Source: Nostoc punctiforme PCC 73102
Lineage (GTDB): Bacteria; Cyanobacteriota; Cyanobacteriia; Cyanobacteriales; Nostocaceae
Length of the DNA stretch: 26,419 nt
Assembly: GCF_000020025.1 (NCBI RefSeq)
Contig: NC_010629.1
Coordinates: forward strand, 1 to 26,419
Direction: 5' to 3'
This document shows, piece after piece, positions 7,189 to 14,815 of this stretch. Every line of letters starts with the position of its first letter. Positions within the stretch are counted from its first letter, which is position 1. Both the position numbers and the translations under genes were made by a program. Below the pieces are notes generated by a model. It worked only from the letters and a program-made list of their open reading frames with translations. It had not been told where the DNA came from and did no database searches.

Positions 7189-7440
7189 AACCTTTTCTCA
7201 CTTATTAACCCCTTGAAAAGAACGGTTTTCTGGGGGTTTGGGGGACACCCCCAACAAGCAAACACACCGCCTTTCGCTTGCGAAAGGGAGCGCGGTAGCG
7301 CGTTACGGTGTATTGCTTGCCTATGCCCCCACGACAGGTTAGGGCAAACGTGAGCCAGGAGGCACAACGCGAGACTGGGGGAGTACGAGACTTTGGCGAA
7401 CCATGAGTGGCTGTCTGCAATCACCTCGATGTAAGCGAGG
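7189..7440. other. GC-rich, hairpin-dense non-coding island (part of the candidate oriT / leading-region structure)
   Basis: Hairpins ttggggg-aca-cccccaa (7236-7254) and cctttcgc-tt-gcgaaagg, both enclosed by caagcaaacacacc / ggtgtattgcttg pairing. Short ORFs in three overlapping frames have no protein-like sequence. Confidence 0.45.
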
Positions 7441-7638
7441 GTATGGTCTATTGGGCAATGCTGTCCATACTAGTGATACGAAAGATGTTGATTCATGAGT
7501 AACTGCTTTTTTAGACTAGTCTACCTCACGAGGATACAAACCTTTTTCTGTTGATATTCGTCACATCACGACAAGAAACTTAAACTTTTTTTGACCACGA
7601 ATTTTTTACAATTGAATAATTTATTACTAGTGCTGAAT

Positions 7639-8133
7639 ATGTCGCGCAAACCGAAAGCTGTCCCTTTATCAAAAATAGAAGATATTCAAATCAGTCTCAA
7701 ACAGAAAGCCGCGACTCCTAAAACTATCAGCCTGTCAGATTTAGTTCTCAGTTTGGCTAAACCTATTCAAGATATGTTAGACGCTGGCTACTCTTATGAC
7801 GATGTTTCTGATGTGTTTAAAGGTCATGGGGTAGAACTGGCGGCCAGTGGTCTGAAGAGTTTTCATAAAAAAGCTTCGACATCAACTGACAATAATTTGA
7901 GTAGTTCATCATCAGATAAAGCGGTTGAAGAATCAGTTAATTCTGACTCCGAGCCAGAATCAACTGATTCTTCAACCACAACTAATGACTTGGTTTCGCC
8001 AGTAGAGCCGGACAGTTCACCAATTGAGAGTAGTGAACCATCCGGCTCATCATCATCTAAAACTAGTAAACGAAAGAAAACAACTCCTAATACTTCTGCC
8101 CAATTTAATATCACTGATAGGAGTGAATTATGA
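7639..8133 (+). CDS. Hypothetical DNA-binding-like protein with a basic N-terminus, putative HTH and a long Ser/Asp/Glu-rich tail
   Basis: MSRKPKAVPL..., GYSYDDVSDVFKGHGVELAASGLKSF (HTH-like), then about 70 residues of S/D/E/T/P low complexity. The stop overlaps the next ATG (ATGA at 8130-8133). ATG 7639 is preferred to TTG 7591. Confidence 0.6.
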   Translation: MSRKPKAVPLSKIEDIQISLKQKAATPKTISLSDLVLSLAKPIQDMLDAGYSYDDVSDVFKGHGVELAASGLKSFHKKASTSTDNNLSSSSSDKAVEESVNSDSEPESTDSSTTTNDLVSPVEPDSSPIESSEPSGSSSSKTSKRKKTTPNTSAQFNITDRSEL

Positions 8134-8951
8134 AACGTATCGTGATGATACTGGGGGGCAAGGGTGGTACAGGTAAAACTGCCTTTACTCGCTTGCTACT
8201 GGATGTAATGCACAATAAAGGAATTAATTATCTAGCTTATGACGCAGATACAGAGAATCCAGAATTGTACGAGTACTATCAAAACTTTGGCTCAGGGGTA
8301 AGGCTATTAAATTTCCTGGAGGTAGCAGAGGCGAAACGCTTCTTTACGGAAATCAAAGCGGAATCACCGGACTCAATAATAGTAGATATGCCGGGGGCAT
8401 CAAGCAATAAAACCAGGGAGATTATCAGTAAGTTTGGGCTATTTAAGATTGCAGGTGATTTGGGTTATCGAGTAACGCTGGTGACTGTGCTTAACCTTGG
8501 GTATTCAGTCATCACTAGCTTAAAAACTATGGCGGAATTCTGCGGCGCTCAAGCTGATTATGTGATTGTGAAAAATCTATGCTGGGATAAAGGTTCAGGT
8601 TTTCAGCGCTGGGAGAATAGTAAAACGTCGGCAGCGATATCTGAATTGAAAGGCATAGAAATAGAAATGCCAGAGCTAGACTACTCGACCTTTGACACGT
8701 TGACAGAGAAAGGTCTACCTTACTCGGCTGCTACTGAAGAGAATGGTTTTCCTTTTGGAGATTACCTGCTAGTGAGTGGGTTTTTGGATCAGGCTAAACC
8801 AGAGCTTGAAAAAGCTGGGGCTTATCTGGGGTTGCAACAACCAGAGGTTCTGGTTGCTGCTTTAGAAAACACTACGACTTCAAAACAGACAAAAGTTACT
8901 GCGTCTACTTCTCGTCGGGGTCAAAAGAAAACTAATGAGCAACAACAATAA
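8130..8951 (+). CDS. ParA/MinD-superfamily P-loop ATPase (possibly TraL/VirC1-like relaxosome-associated)
   Basis: Deviant Walker A ILGGKGGTGKT at the N-terminus and IIVDMPG Walker-B-like. Translationally coupled to the flanking genes, next to the mob/oriT region. Confidence 0.8.
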   Translation: MKRIVMILGGKGGTGKTAFTRLLLDVMHNKGINYLAYDADTENPELYEYYQNFGSGVRLLNFLEVAEAKRFFTEIKAESPDSIIVDMPGASSNKTREIISKFGLFKIAGDLGYRVTLVTVLNLGYSVITSLKTMAEFCGAQADYVIVKNLCWDKGSGFQRWENSKTSAAISELKGIEIEMPELDYSTFDTLTEKGLPYSAATEENGFPFGDYLLVSGFLDQAKPELEKAGAYLGLQQPEVLVAALENTTTSKQTKVTASTSRRGQKKTNEQQQ

Positions 8952-9678
8952 TGGCAACGGGAATCACAGCAATCCTCACTCTGAAACTGCCAATTTAACA
9001 GAGAGCAGTGAACAAGGTGAGGTCAAGATAGCACTAGGCAGATTATATAGAGAGTTTGAAAATTTTAAGCAATCACAAAAAACTGAACGCGAACGCGATA
9101 GGGCAGAGTTACAAGCATGGGCGCAAACGAATTTAATTCAGAATCAACTCCTCAGCAAAGCGATGGTGACAATCGAGATGCTGACGACCGAATTGAAGAA
9201 TCAGAATCTCTCATCGAACGAGTACGAGAAGAACAACGAAGATTTGAGACAAGAATTAACTCCCTTAATAACGCAGTTAAAGAATATGCCCAAGTCATCA
9301 GCGACATTAGAGAGCTTAGAGTTCAAAGGGCTAAAGAGCGAAGTATTGCAGTTGAAACAGAACGGGAATCAACTGTTGAATCACACGCAGAAGTTGACTA
9401 TGGTTATTCAGGAGTTGAAGAACAGCCCTCCCCCCGAACCCATCACCATAGAGAAAGAGGTTTATCGCGCTGAACCCATAGGTAAATATGGTACGATGGG
9501 GTTGTTTTCTGCATTATTTAGTTTGTTGATTTTCGTTATATTCAATCAATTTATTCCGGTAAAAACCTCGGATGATTTCAATAACTATCTACAAGCTATC
9601 TGGCAGCGTACTGGTTACAGCAATGTCAAGCTACAACGGATAGAAAAGCGTTTGGGGACTGACCGAAATCGAAGATAA
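8935..9678 (+). CDS. Coiled-coil protein with a C-terminal transmembrane helix
   Basis: Overlaps the upstream gene by 17 nt. Long heptad-like Q/E/L-rich region, then MGLFSALFSLLIFVIFNQFI. Confidence 0.6.
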   Translation: MSNNNNGNGNHSNPHSETANLTESSEQGEVKIALGRLYREFENFKQSQKTERERDRAELQAWAQTNLIQNQLLSKAMVTIEMLTTELKNQNLSSNEYEKNNEDLRQELTPLITQLKNMPKSSATLESLEFKGLKSEVLQLKQNGNQLLNHTQKLTMVIQELKNSPPPEPITIEKEVYRAEPIGKYGTMGLFSALFSLLIFVIFNQFIPVKTSDDFNNYLQAIWQRTGYSNVKLQRIEKRLGTDRNRR

Positions 9679-9694
9679 AGGGCAATATATAGTG

Positions 9695-9732
9695 ATTGGG
9701 GCAAACAGGCTTAACGTAATATTTGCCCCAAT
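9695..9732. terminator. Hairpin between convergent genes
   Basis: attggggcaaa (9695-9705) pairs with tttgccccaat (9722-9732), an 11-bp stem with a 16-nt loop. There is no clear T-tract on either strand. Confidence 0.4.
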
Positions 9733-9743
9733 AATAGAAATAA

Positions 9744-9950
9744 TCAAAGGTAAGAATGCACAAGCTTACCTTGAGTTGACCACTTCTCATCTAGAAGGCG
9801 ACAAGCGACGTAAACAACATTTTGAGGATTGCGCTTGTGTCTTCCATTAGTACCCCAAGAACGGACGGTATAATCACCTTCATAACCTAAGACAAGTGAA
9901 AGCTCGTCGTAAGTTAACTGCCATTTTTTCTTAAACTCAATTGGGTGCAT
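9744..9950 (-). CDS. Small conserved hypothetical protein, paralog 1 (68 aa; HTH-like)
   Basis: MHPIEFKKKWQLTYDELSLVLGYEGDYTVRSW... The protein is conserved against its neighbour despite DNA divergence. Confidence 0.65.
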   Translation of the reverse strand: MHPIEFKKKWQLTYDELSLVLGYEGDYTVRSWGTNGRHKRNPQNVVYVACRLLDEKWSTQGKLVHSYL

Positions 9951-10001
9951 AGTATTCAGGTATTTCCATAAATTAATTAGCAGAGACGCAAAGAGAAATT
10001 A

Positions 10002-10208
10002 TCAAAGGTAAGAATCTATAACTTTCCCCTCAGATGACCATTTTTCATCTAGAAGGCGACAAGCTACATAAGCAACTTTTTGAGGATTGCGCCTGTGTCC
10101 TCCATTTATCCCCCAACAACGGACAGTGAAATCATTTTCGTAACCTAAGACGAGTGCTAGCTCGTTGTAAGTTAATTGCCACTTTTTCTTAAACTCAATT
10201 GGGTGCAT
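10002..10208 (-). CDS. Small conserved hypothetical protein, paralog 2 (68 aa; HTH-like)
   Basis: MHPIEFKKKWQLTYNELALVLGYENDFTVRCW... The ATG at 10208 matches the start of paralog 1. The track start at 10226 is a TTG. Confidence 0.65.
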   Translation of the reverse strand: MHPIEFKKKWQLTYNELALVLGYENDFTVRCWGINGGHRRNPQKVAYVACRLLDEKWSSEGKVIDSYL

Positions 10209-10240
10209 AGGATTCAGGTATTTCAATAAATTAATTAGTC

Positions 10241-10415
10241 GTGTCTGGCAGACATTATTAAGACATCAACCCTTACCGTGGTGTCTTGCGGTGTCTGAAC
10301 TGGTGTCCGAGTCGTGTCTAAGCTATGTAAGGGTTTCAGGCTTTTGGTGTCTGCCGTGTCTGGGGTTGATATCTGCCAAAAAAGCCCCGTTTTTAATCAC
10401 AGACACGCTAGACAC
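10241..10415. repeat. Iteron-like array of GTGTCT (7 forward, 2 reverse, plus 2 partial copies)
   Basis: GTGTCT at 10241, 10281, 10291, 10314, 10347 and 10356, and GTGTCC at 10303. AGACAC at 10401 and 10410. Partial AGACAT at 10251 and 10261. Neighbour spacings are 9-12 bp. Confidence 0.85.
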
Positions 10416-10423
10416 CCAAGGGC

Positions 10424-12223
10424 TTAATCTTGGTTTAACTTGATGATTCCTTCACCAATCCAATTGGCTAACCCTGCCCCAACAATCTCGTACATCCAAG
10501 ACTTAATAAGCTCTACAGAGAATCTTTCACCCTGTACTTTAAAGTTGCCCTTAAACTCTCTTACATCAGCTTCAACTCGTTCAGTTCTGATGAAATATTC
10601 ATACAGTTTTTGCGCCTGAGGTGATAATTTATTCGGCTCACTTTGGGTATTATCTGCCTTGCTACCAAGATTGAATTCCAGTTCATAAATGCGCTCTAAA
10701 GTGGCTTTATCGATGGGGGGATTGGGATTAGATTCTGCTGGGAGAGCGTCGCTAAAGTCAGATATTTTCGCTGTCATTTTGGGGAGATTAACATCAAGCC
10801 ATTCGTTGGAACTGTCGAGTTTAACATGAGCAAAACCAGTCGATGAGGGCTGTAGTGTAACTGGATCTACTTCTGCCAAACATTCAACTTGGAGCATCTT
10901 AGAAACAAGATTATGTAATCCCTTAATGCCGAATAAACACGTCTGGGTGTTGTTGTGAGCTACGACAGTAATGGGCATCTCTTGCTTACGGCTTTTGGTT
11001 AGTGCCAGCTTGCCGAATTTGTCTAACAGTTCTGCATCTTTAATGAAATCGCCGTATGTGGTGGCCTCCTCACAGATTAAAGACAAAGCTTTACCTGATG
11101 CCCAAAGTTTCTGCCGCCATTGCGACTCACTCAATGATGAATTATTAAAGGTTTTTAACCGTGATTCTAATTCTTGAACGTAATCGCGGATCTGCTGCTC
11201 TATCTCGTCCCAGGAGTGGTAACTTTCAACTCCTCGCCATTCACTACGGTTCGAGTCGGGGTCAAGGACAATCACACGGTAGCCGGCTTGTTTTTTGAGT
11301 TGGATTACATAACGGGCTAGCCAAGATTTACCGCCCCCTTGGTTGCCCCAAATTAGGGCAGTTTGTTTAATTAGGTTTTGCACCCATGCCGTTTTATTGT
11401 CCTGTGGTGCGATTGCTTGGTTGTCTGCTCCAGTAACCTTGTCGTTCGGGTCAATCGTCCCTTGTAAAGTCTGACTCCCTTGCAGATAGGGCGTTTTCAT
11501 CTCCCGTAGCTGCTTAATGTACTCCGCCTTCTGTTGGTCAGTCATGCCTGCGGTTTGCGCCTCAAAAATGGCATCAGTTGCCTCCATTTGCGTGACTTCA
11601 ATCTCAGTGTGGGCGTAAATCTCGGCTTTTTGGATATCAACGGTGCGATCATTGGCTATCAAATCTAAATCGGCTTGCAATTGGACTTCTGCGATCGCAA
11701 CGTCTCGGTAACTCTCTAGTAGCTCGGAACGTGCAGCCATCTCAGCTTTTGCAGCATCCCGTTTTTGGGCGATGTCTTCAAAAACTGCTCTCTGCTTCTC
11801 CTCATACTGACAATGGCGCAGCATCCACCCAGCTAGAGCAAACCCCAGGAATCCACCAAACGCCCAAAACGGTTTGCATGGGTTAGTCGCTTTTACCAAC
11901 CCATTAACGCCCATAGCTGGGTCACGCACTACTTGGCGGGGCATTCCAGACAGTTTCCATTCTTGCCAGTAGAAGGGGGTCATGCGAAACGGTCGGTTAT
12001 CTTTATCCCGGCACACCAATGCTTTTGAAGGGGTTTTGATGCAGAAGTAGATCCGATCGCTGCTGGTTCCCTGCCACGCCATCGCAGCCGATCCAATACC
12101 CACAGTTAAACTCAATCCAATGGCAACAGCTTTCTTGTCCATCGGCAACTGTCCGAACCACTTCATTAAACCCGATTGTTGTGACTCAGATAACTGTTTA
12201 TGTTTATCGCTTAAATAATTCAT
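10424..12223 (-). CDS. Membrane-anchored P-loop NTPase (FtsK/TraB/T4CP-like by architecture; function unproven)
   Basis: N-terminal hydrophobic helices (AVAIGLSLTVGIGSAAMAW, FWAFGGFLGFALAGWML), a coiled-coil stretch, Walker A GNQGGGKS, VIVLDPD and LSLICEEA (Walker-B-like), and a C-terminal helical domain that looks winged-helix-like. The ATG at 12223 overlaps the upstream stop (ATGA). Confidence 0.7.
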   Translation of the reverse strand: MNYLSDKHKQLSESQQSGLMKWFGQLPMDKKAVAIGLSLTVGIGSAAMAWQGTSSDRIYFCIKTPSKALVCRDKDNRPFRMTPFYWQEWKLSGMPRQVVRDPAMGVNGLVKATNPCKPFWAFGGFLGFALAGWMLRHCQYEEKQRAVFEDIAQKRDAAKAEMAARSELLESYRDVAIAEVQLQADLDLIANDRTVDIQKAEIYAHTEIEVTQMEATDAIFEAQTAGMTDQQKAEYIKQLREMKTPYLQGSQTLQGTIDPNDKVTGADNQAIAPQDNKTAWVQNLIKQTALIWGNQGGGKSWLARYVIQLKKQAGYRVIVLDPDSNRSEWRGVESYHSWDEIEQQIRDYVQELESRLKTFNNSSLSESQWRQKLWASGKALSLICEEATTYGDFIKDAELLDKFGKLALTKSRKQEMPITVVAHNNTQTCLFGIKGLHNLVSKMLQVECLAEVDPVTLQPSSTGFAHVKLDSSNEWLDVNLPKMTAKISDFSDALPAESNPNPPIDKATLERIYELEFNLGSKADNTQSEPNKLSPQAQKLYEYFIRTERVEADVREFKGNFKVQGERFSVELIKSWMYEIVGAGLANWIGEGIIKLNQD

Positions 12224-12759
12224 TTCCTCTGACTTCCACCAAATAGAAAAATCATTAATATCGCTAGAAATATGCCCACTCCTGCACCATCCATCCAACT
12301 TGAAGATTCAGCAGTTTTTGGCTTATAAACCGACTCAATAGAAGTCTTAACTGTACTTGTAGAAGTTCTCGCTTCATTCCATTCACTAATCGGGTCAGAT
12401 AGCGCACACAATAACGCCAGTGATGCACTGCAACCAGTCATTAGATTAGTAACGAAATTGTTAAAGCCTTCACCTGTTGCAGTAGCAGTAAAATACAGGT
12501 GTGCAGTTCCCACAGCAAGAAACATTCCAACAGGGTGAACTTGCAATAGGTGAAAGGTGAAAATAACTGCACTGTTTAAGCAACTGCCAGCGACAACTTC
12601 ACTTGCGTTACCAGCACGTCTAAATGTCCGACCTCTATTGTTTTCTGGGAGTGGTTGCGATGGTTGCTCTTGTTTCTGTTGTTGTGGAGTCTGTGCCAGC
12701 CCTTCCATTAAAAAAGGGCTGACGCTATGAGGATCTTCATTTCGTTTCCTTACTAGCAT
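12220..12759 (-). CDS. Polytopic membrane protein (about 4 TM), unknown function
   Basis: Hydrophobic segments VVAGSCLNSAVIFTFHLLQV, VGMFLAVGTAHLYFTATA, LMTGCSASLALLCAL and GAGVGIFLAILMIFLFGG. Translationally coupled to the ATPase gene. Confidence 0.6.
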   Translation of the reverse strand: MLVRKRNEDPHSVSPFLMEGLAQTPQQQKQEQPSQPLPENNRGRTFRRAGNASEVVAGSCLNSAVIFTFHLLQVHPVGMFLAVGTAHLYFTATATGEGFNNFVTNLMTGCSASLALLCALSDPISEWNEARTSTSTVKTSIESVYKPKTAESSSWMDGAGVGIFLAILMIFLFGGSQRK

Positions 12760-12783
12760 CAGCCTTAACCTTTCAACTAATAG

Positions 12784-13500
12784 TTATCTATCGCCTAACT
12801 TCTGCCACAAATTACCTAACATTGCACCCCAACCGCGAACTGTTCCTGTTGCTGAAACACTAGATGCTGGTGCATGATTTTGGGATTGAACTGGTATTAC
12901 TTCTTGAGGTGTTTGGTTTGGCTCTAATGCTCTGGAACCATACCTCGCACGGGCTAAAAGTTGTTGTCGTTTCTCTCTCAGTCCCGTAGTAATTGCTTGC
13001 CTTTCAGCTTGTACAACTTGCCTGTTTTCGATGCCGCTAATCTTGTTTTCATGCCTCCATAATTCTGCTTGTAAGTCGTGGTGTAATTGGGCTGCAACTT
13101 CGGCTAGTCCGTGCTTACGTTTTTGGTCAATCCGCAACAAGTCGGCTCTATCTTGGGCATCTATCTTGCCCATCTCTGAATCAAATTCCGAATTTAATTT
13201 GCGAATCTTAGCGATAGCACCCGCTACATGAGAGCCGTATTGTTTACGAAGTTCAGTCCAAGTTACCTGCCCTTTGGTTAACTTCTCCATCGCCTCAAAG
13301 ACCACCTTGGCATTGTCCAAAAATGGTTCTAATCGGTCACTTAACTCTTGGGCATTATTCGCATAATCGGCAAATTGTTCAAGCTTGTTTATATCCGAAA
13401 GATAGCCCAAAATATCAGACTCAAACCCTCCCCAAGATTGCGCTTTTTCATCAATATGCGAACTATGACCAACTACCGGATTGCGTATTGCAAAGTCCAT
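12784..13500 (-). CDS. Hypothetical protein with a coiled-coil region (238 aa)
   Basis: AGGAGA RBS upstream of the ATG at 13500. Lies in the operon 12 nt after the preceding gene. Confidence 0.6.
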   Translation of the reverse strand: MDFAIRNPVVGHSSHIDEKAQSWGGFESDILGYLSDINKLEQFADYANNAQELSDRLEPFLDNAKVVFEAMEKLTKGQVTWTELRKQYGSHVAGAIAKIRKLNSEFDSEMGKIDAQDRADLLRIDQKRKHGLAEVAAQLHHDLQAELWRHENKISGIENRQVVQAERQAITTGLREKRQQLLARARYGSRALEPNQTPQEVIPVQSQNHAPASSVSATGTVRGWGAMLGNLWQKLGDR

Positions 13501-13512
13501 TGCGCTATTCTC

Positions 13513-13956
13513 CTAATAAGGTATGTTGTCGTAGTTGATATCGCTGGATTCTTGGGGTAACTCATCCCAGTAACCCATCTCTTCAAATCGGTTATAAATT
13601 CTCGTTGCTAATTGCCTTACGGGGTCGTCCAAATCTTCAGAGATTAAATCAAATCTGTTCTCACCAAATGCCAAAGTATTTGCAATATCAGGGTCAATCC
13701 CATTACCCAAGAATTGACCAAATGCAGCAGAGTATGGATGGTCATCGATAGTTTCATGAGTTGCTAAGAATTCCGTTCCGGTGAAGGGTGGGTAATCTTC
13801 ACTCTCGAAGATTGGTGTGGAGAGTGCCTGAATATCTGCCGAAATCATTGCAGCCCATTGTTCAGGATTTTCCGCTTTGAATTGCTGCTTTCTTAGGGCG
13901 GAGTCGGTCAGAGGTGATTTGCCCCAATCGTTGGGATTTTTGTAATCAAGTGTCAT
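13513..13956 (-). CDS. Strongly acidic hypothetical protein (147 aa)
   Basis: 28 Asp/Glu against 9 Lys/Arg by direct count. AAGGA RBS upstream of the ATG at 13956. Confidence 0.6.
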   Translation of the reverse strand: MTLDYKNPNDWGKSPLTDSALRKQQFKAENPEQWAAMISADIQALSTPIFESEDYPPFTGTEFLATHETIDDHPYSAAFGQFLGNGIDPDIANTLAFGENRFDLISEDLDDPVRQLATRIYNRFEEMGYWDELPQESSDINYDNIPY

Positions 13957-14047
13957 TTGTTAGAATCCTTGTAACGATGTGTACTTGATGCACTTTCGGA
14001 TGAGGCGATTGCACTTACTTTGCTCGGTCAGGGCAATCGCTTTATCA

Positions 14048-14242
14048 TCAGTTCTCACAAAACTCATTTAATTCAAAAACCTCTCTCTGCACTTGGTTTT
14101 GGCTTAGTTCAAAGCGTCTAGCTTTCGAGTCATTGAAAATGAAAGGGGCATTGACTCGACAATTAGAGCGATGGCTGTAGCGCAGTTGTTGACCACGGAA
14201 TTGGTACAGATGATTACGCTGTAAGGCTGTCGTTGAAAGCAT
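14048..14242 (-). CDS. Small basic hypothetical protein (64 aa)
   Basis: In-operon ORF overlapping the upstream gene by 29 nt. No recognisable motif. Confidence 0.4.
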   Translation of the reverse strand: MLSTTALQRNHLYQFRGQQLRYSHRSNCRVNAPFIFNDSKARRFELSQNQVQREVFELNEFCEN

Positions 14243-14489
14243 AAGTTTGTCCCTCGACTTGGGAGTAGAACTCGATATTTAGGATTGCTTCGTGAATCTC
14301 CATCAAAGCTTGCACAGCATCACCCATCTTTAAGTCATTCGATGTACTGAACCGCTCGGACGCTTCGATTTGTTGATAATTTGGGGATGCTTGCACAAAC
14401 CTTAGAGTCTGTTCGCAACCGAGGATGATGGTCATGATTTCGGTTGTTGTTAAGCTTGGTTGCGTCTTTTGGGTGTCTTGGTCGCTCAT
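14214..14489 (-). CDS. Small hypothetical protein (91 aa)
   Basis: GGAAAGAAG RBS-like sequence upstream of the ATG at 14489. Operon context. Confidence 0.5.
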   Translation of the reverse strand: MSDQDTQKTQPSLTTTEIMTIILGCEQTLRFVQASPNYQQIEASERFSTSNDLKMGDAVQALMEIHEAILNIEFYSQVEGQTYAFNDSLTA

Positions 14490-14533
14490 GACTTCTTTCC
14501 TTGACTTTGAGCTTTTATCAGTGCGGTTGGGGC

Positions 14534-14815
14534 TTAAAAGCTACCCATTGGGACAAATTTCTTAGCTTGTGGTGATGGCTGAGGTTTGATAGATGGTGGC
14601 TGAAGAGTGCTGTGTGTAGGCGTTTGAGCTACTAGAGATGACTGTATAGGTAGTTGGTGTGAGTGCTTTAAGCAATTAACTAGACAATCACCGTAATTGA
14701 CCAACAGTAAGGTAAACAGTTGAGAGAGGTTATCAATTCCAGTCGCTTCTAAAATTTCTTCGGCTTTGGGCTTGTACTTGGGATTAAGAACAATTCTTGT
14801 TTGCGTCATTGGCAT
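14534..14815 (-). CDS. Ribbon-helix-helix protein, ParR-like adaptor candidate
   Basis: TRIVLNPKYKPKAEEILEATGIDNLSQLFTLLLVNYG fits a strand-helix-helix pattern, followed by a Pro/Gln-rich tail. The start overlaps the parM-like stop (TAATG). Confidence 0.6.
   Translation of the reverse strand: MPMTQTRIVLNPKYKPKAEEILEATGIDNLSQLFTLLLVNYGDCLVNCLKHSHQLPIQSSLVAQTPTHSTLQPPSIKPQPSPQAKKFVPMGSF

Larger units (their letters stand above)
9738..10240 (-). repeat. Tandem duplication (about 258-bp unit) carrying two paralogous small genes with their leaders
   Basis: 9744-9989 and 10002-10240 align throughout, including the upstream ggtgcata.tattcaggtatttc.ataaattaattag leaders. Identity is about 80% by eye. 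Confidence 0.85.

Noticed and set aside
7149-7424. Three overlapping ORFs (7149-7424-, 7159-7353+, 7205-7420-) in the GC-rich island, and the idea that the island is a retron or group II intron RNA
   Set aside because: The translations are Arg/Pro/Cys-rich nonsense in mutually overlapping frames, as expected for GC-rich non-coding DNA. There is no reverse-transcriptase ORF in the window, and I could not recognise intron domain V or msr/msd features.
9117-9473. ORF 9117-9473(+) nested in 8935-9678
   Set aside because: It is an alternative frame of the coiled-coil gene. The outer ORF is translationally coupled to the upstream ATPase and ends in a TM helix, whereas the inner one has no start context.
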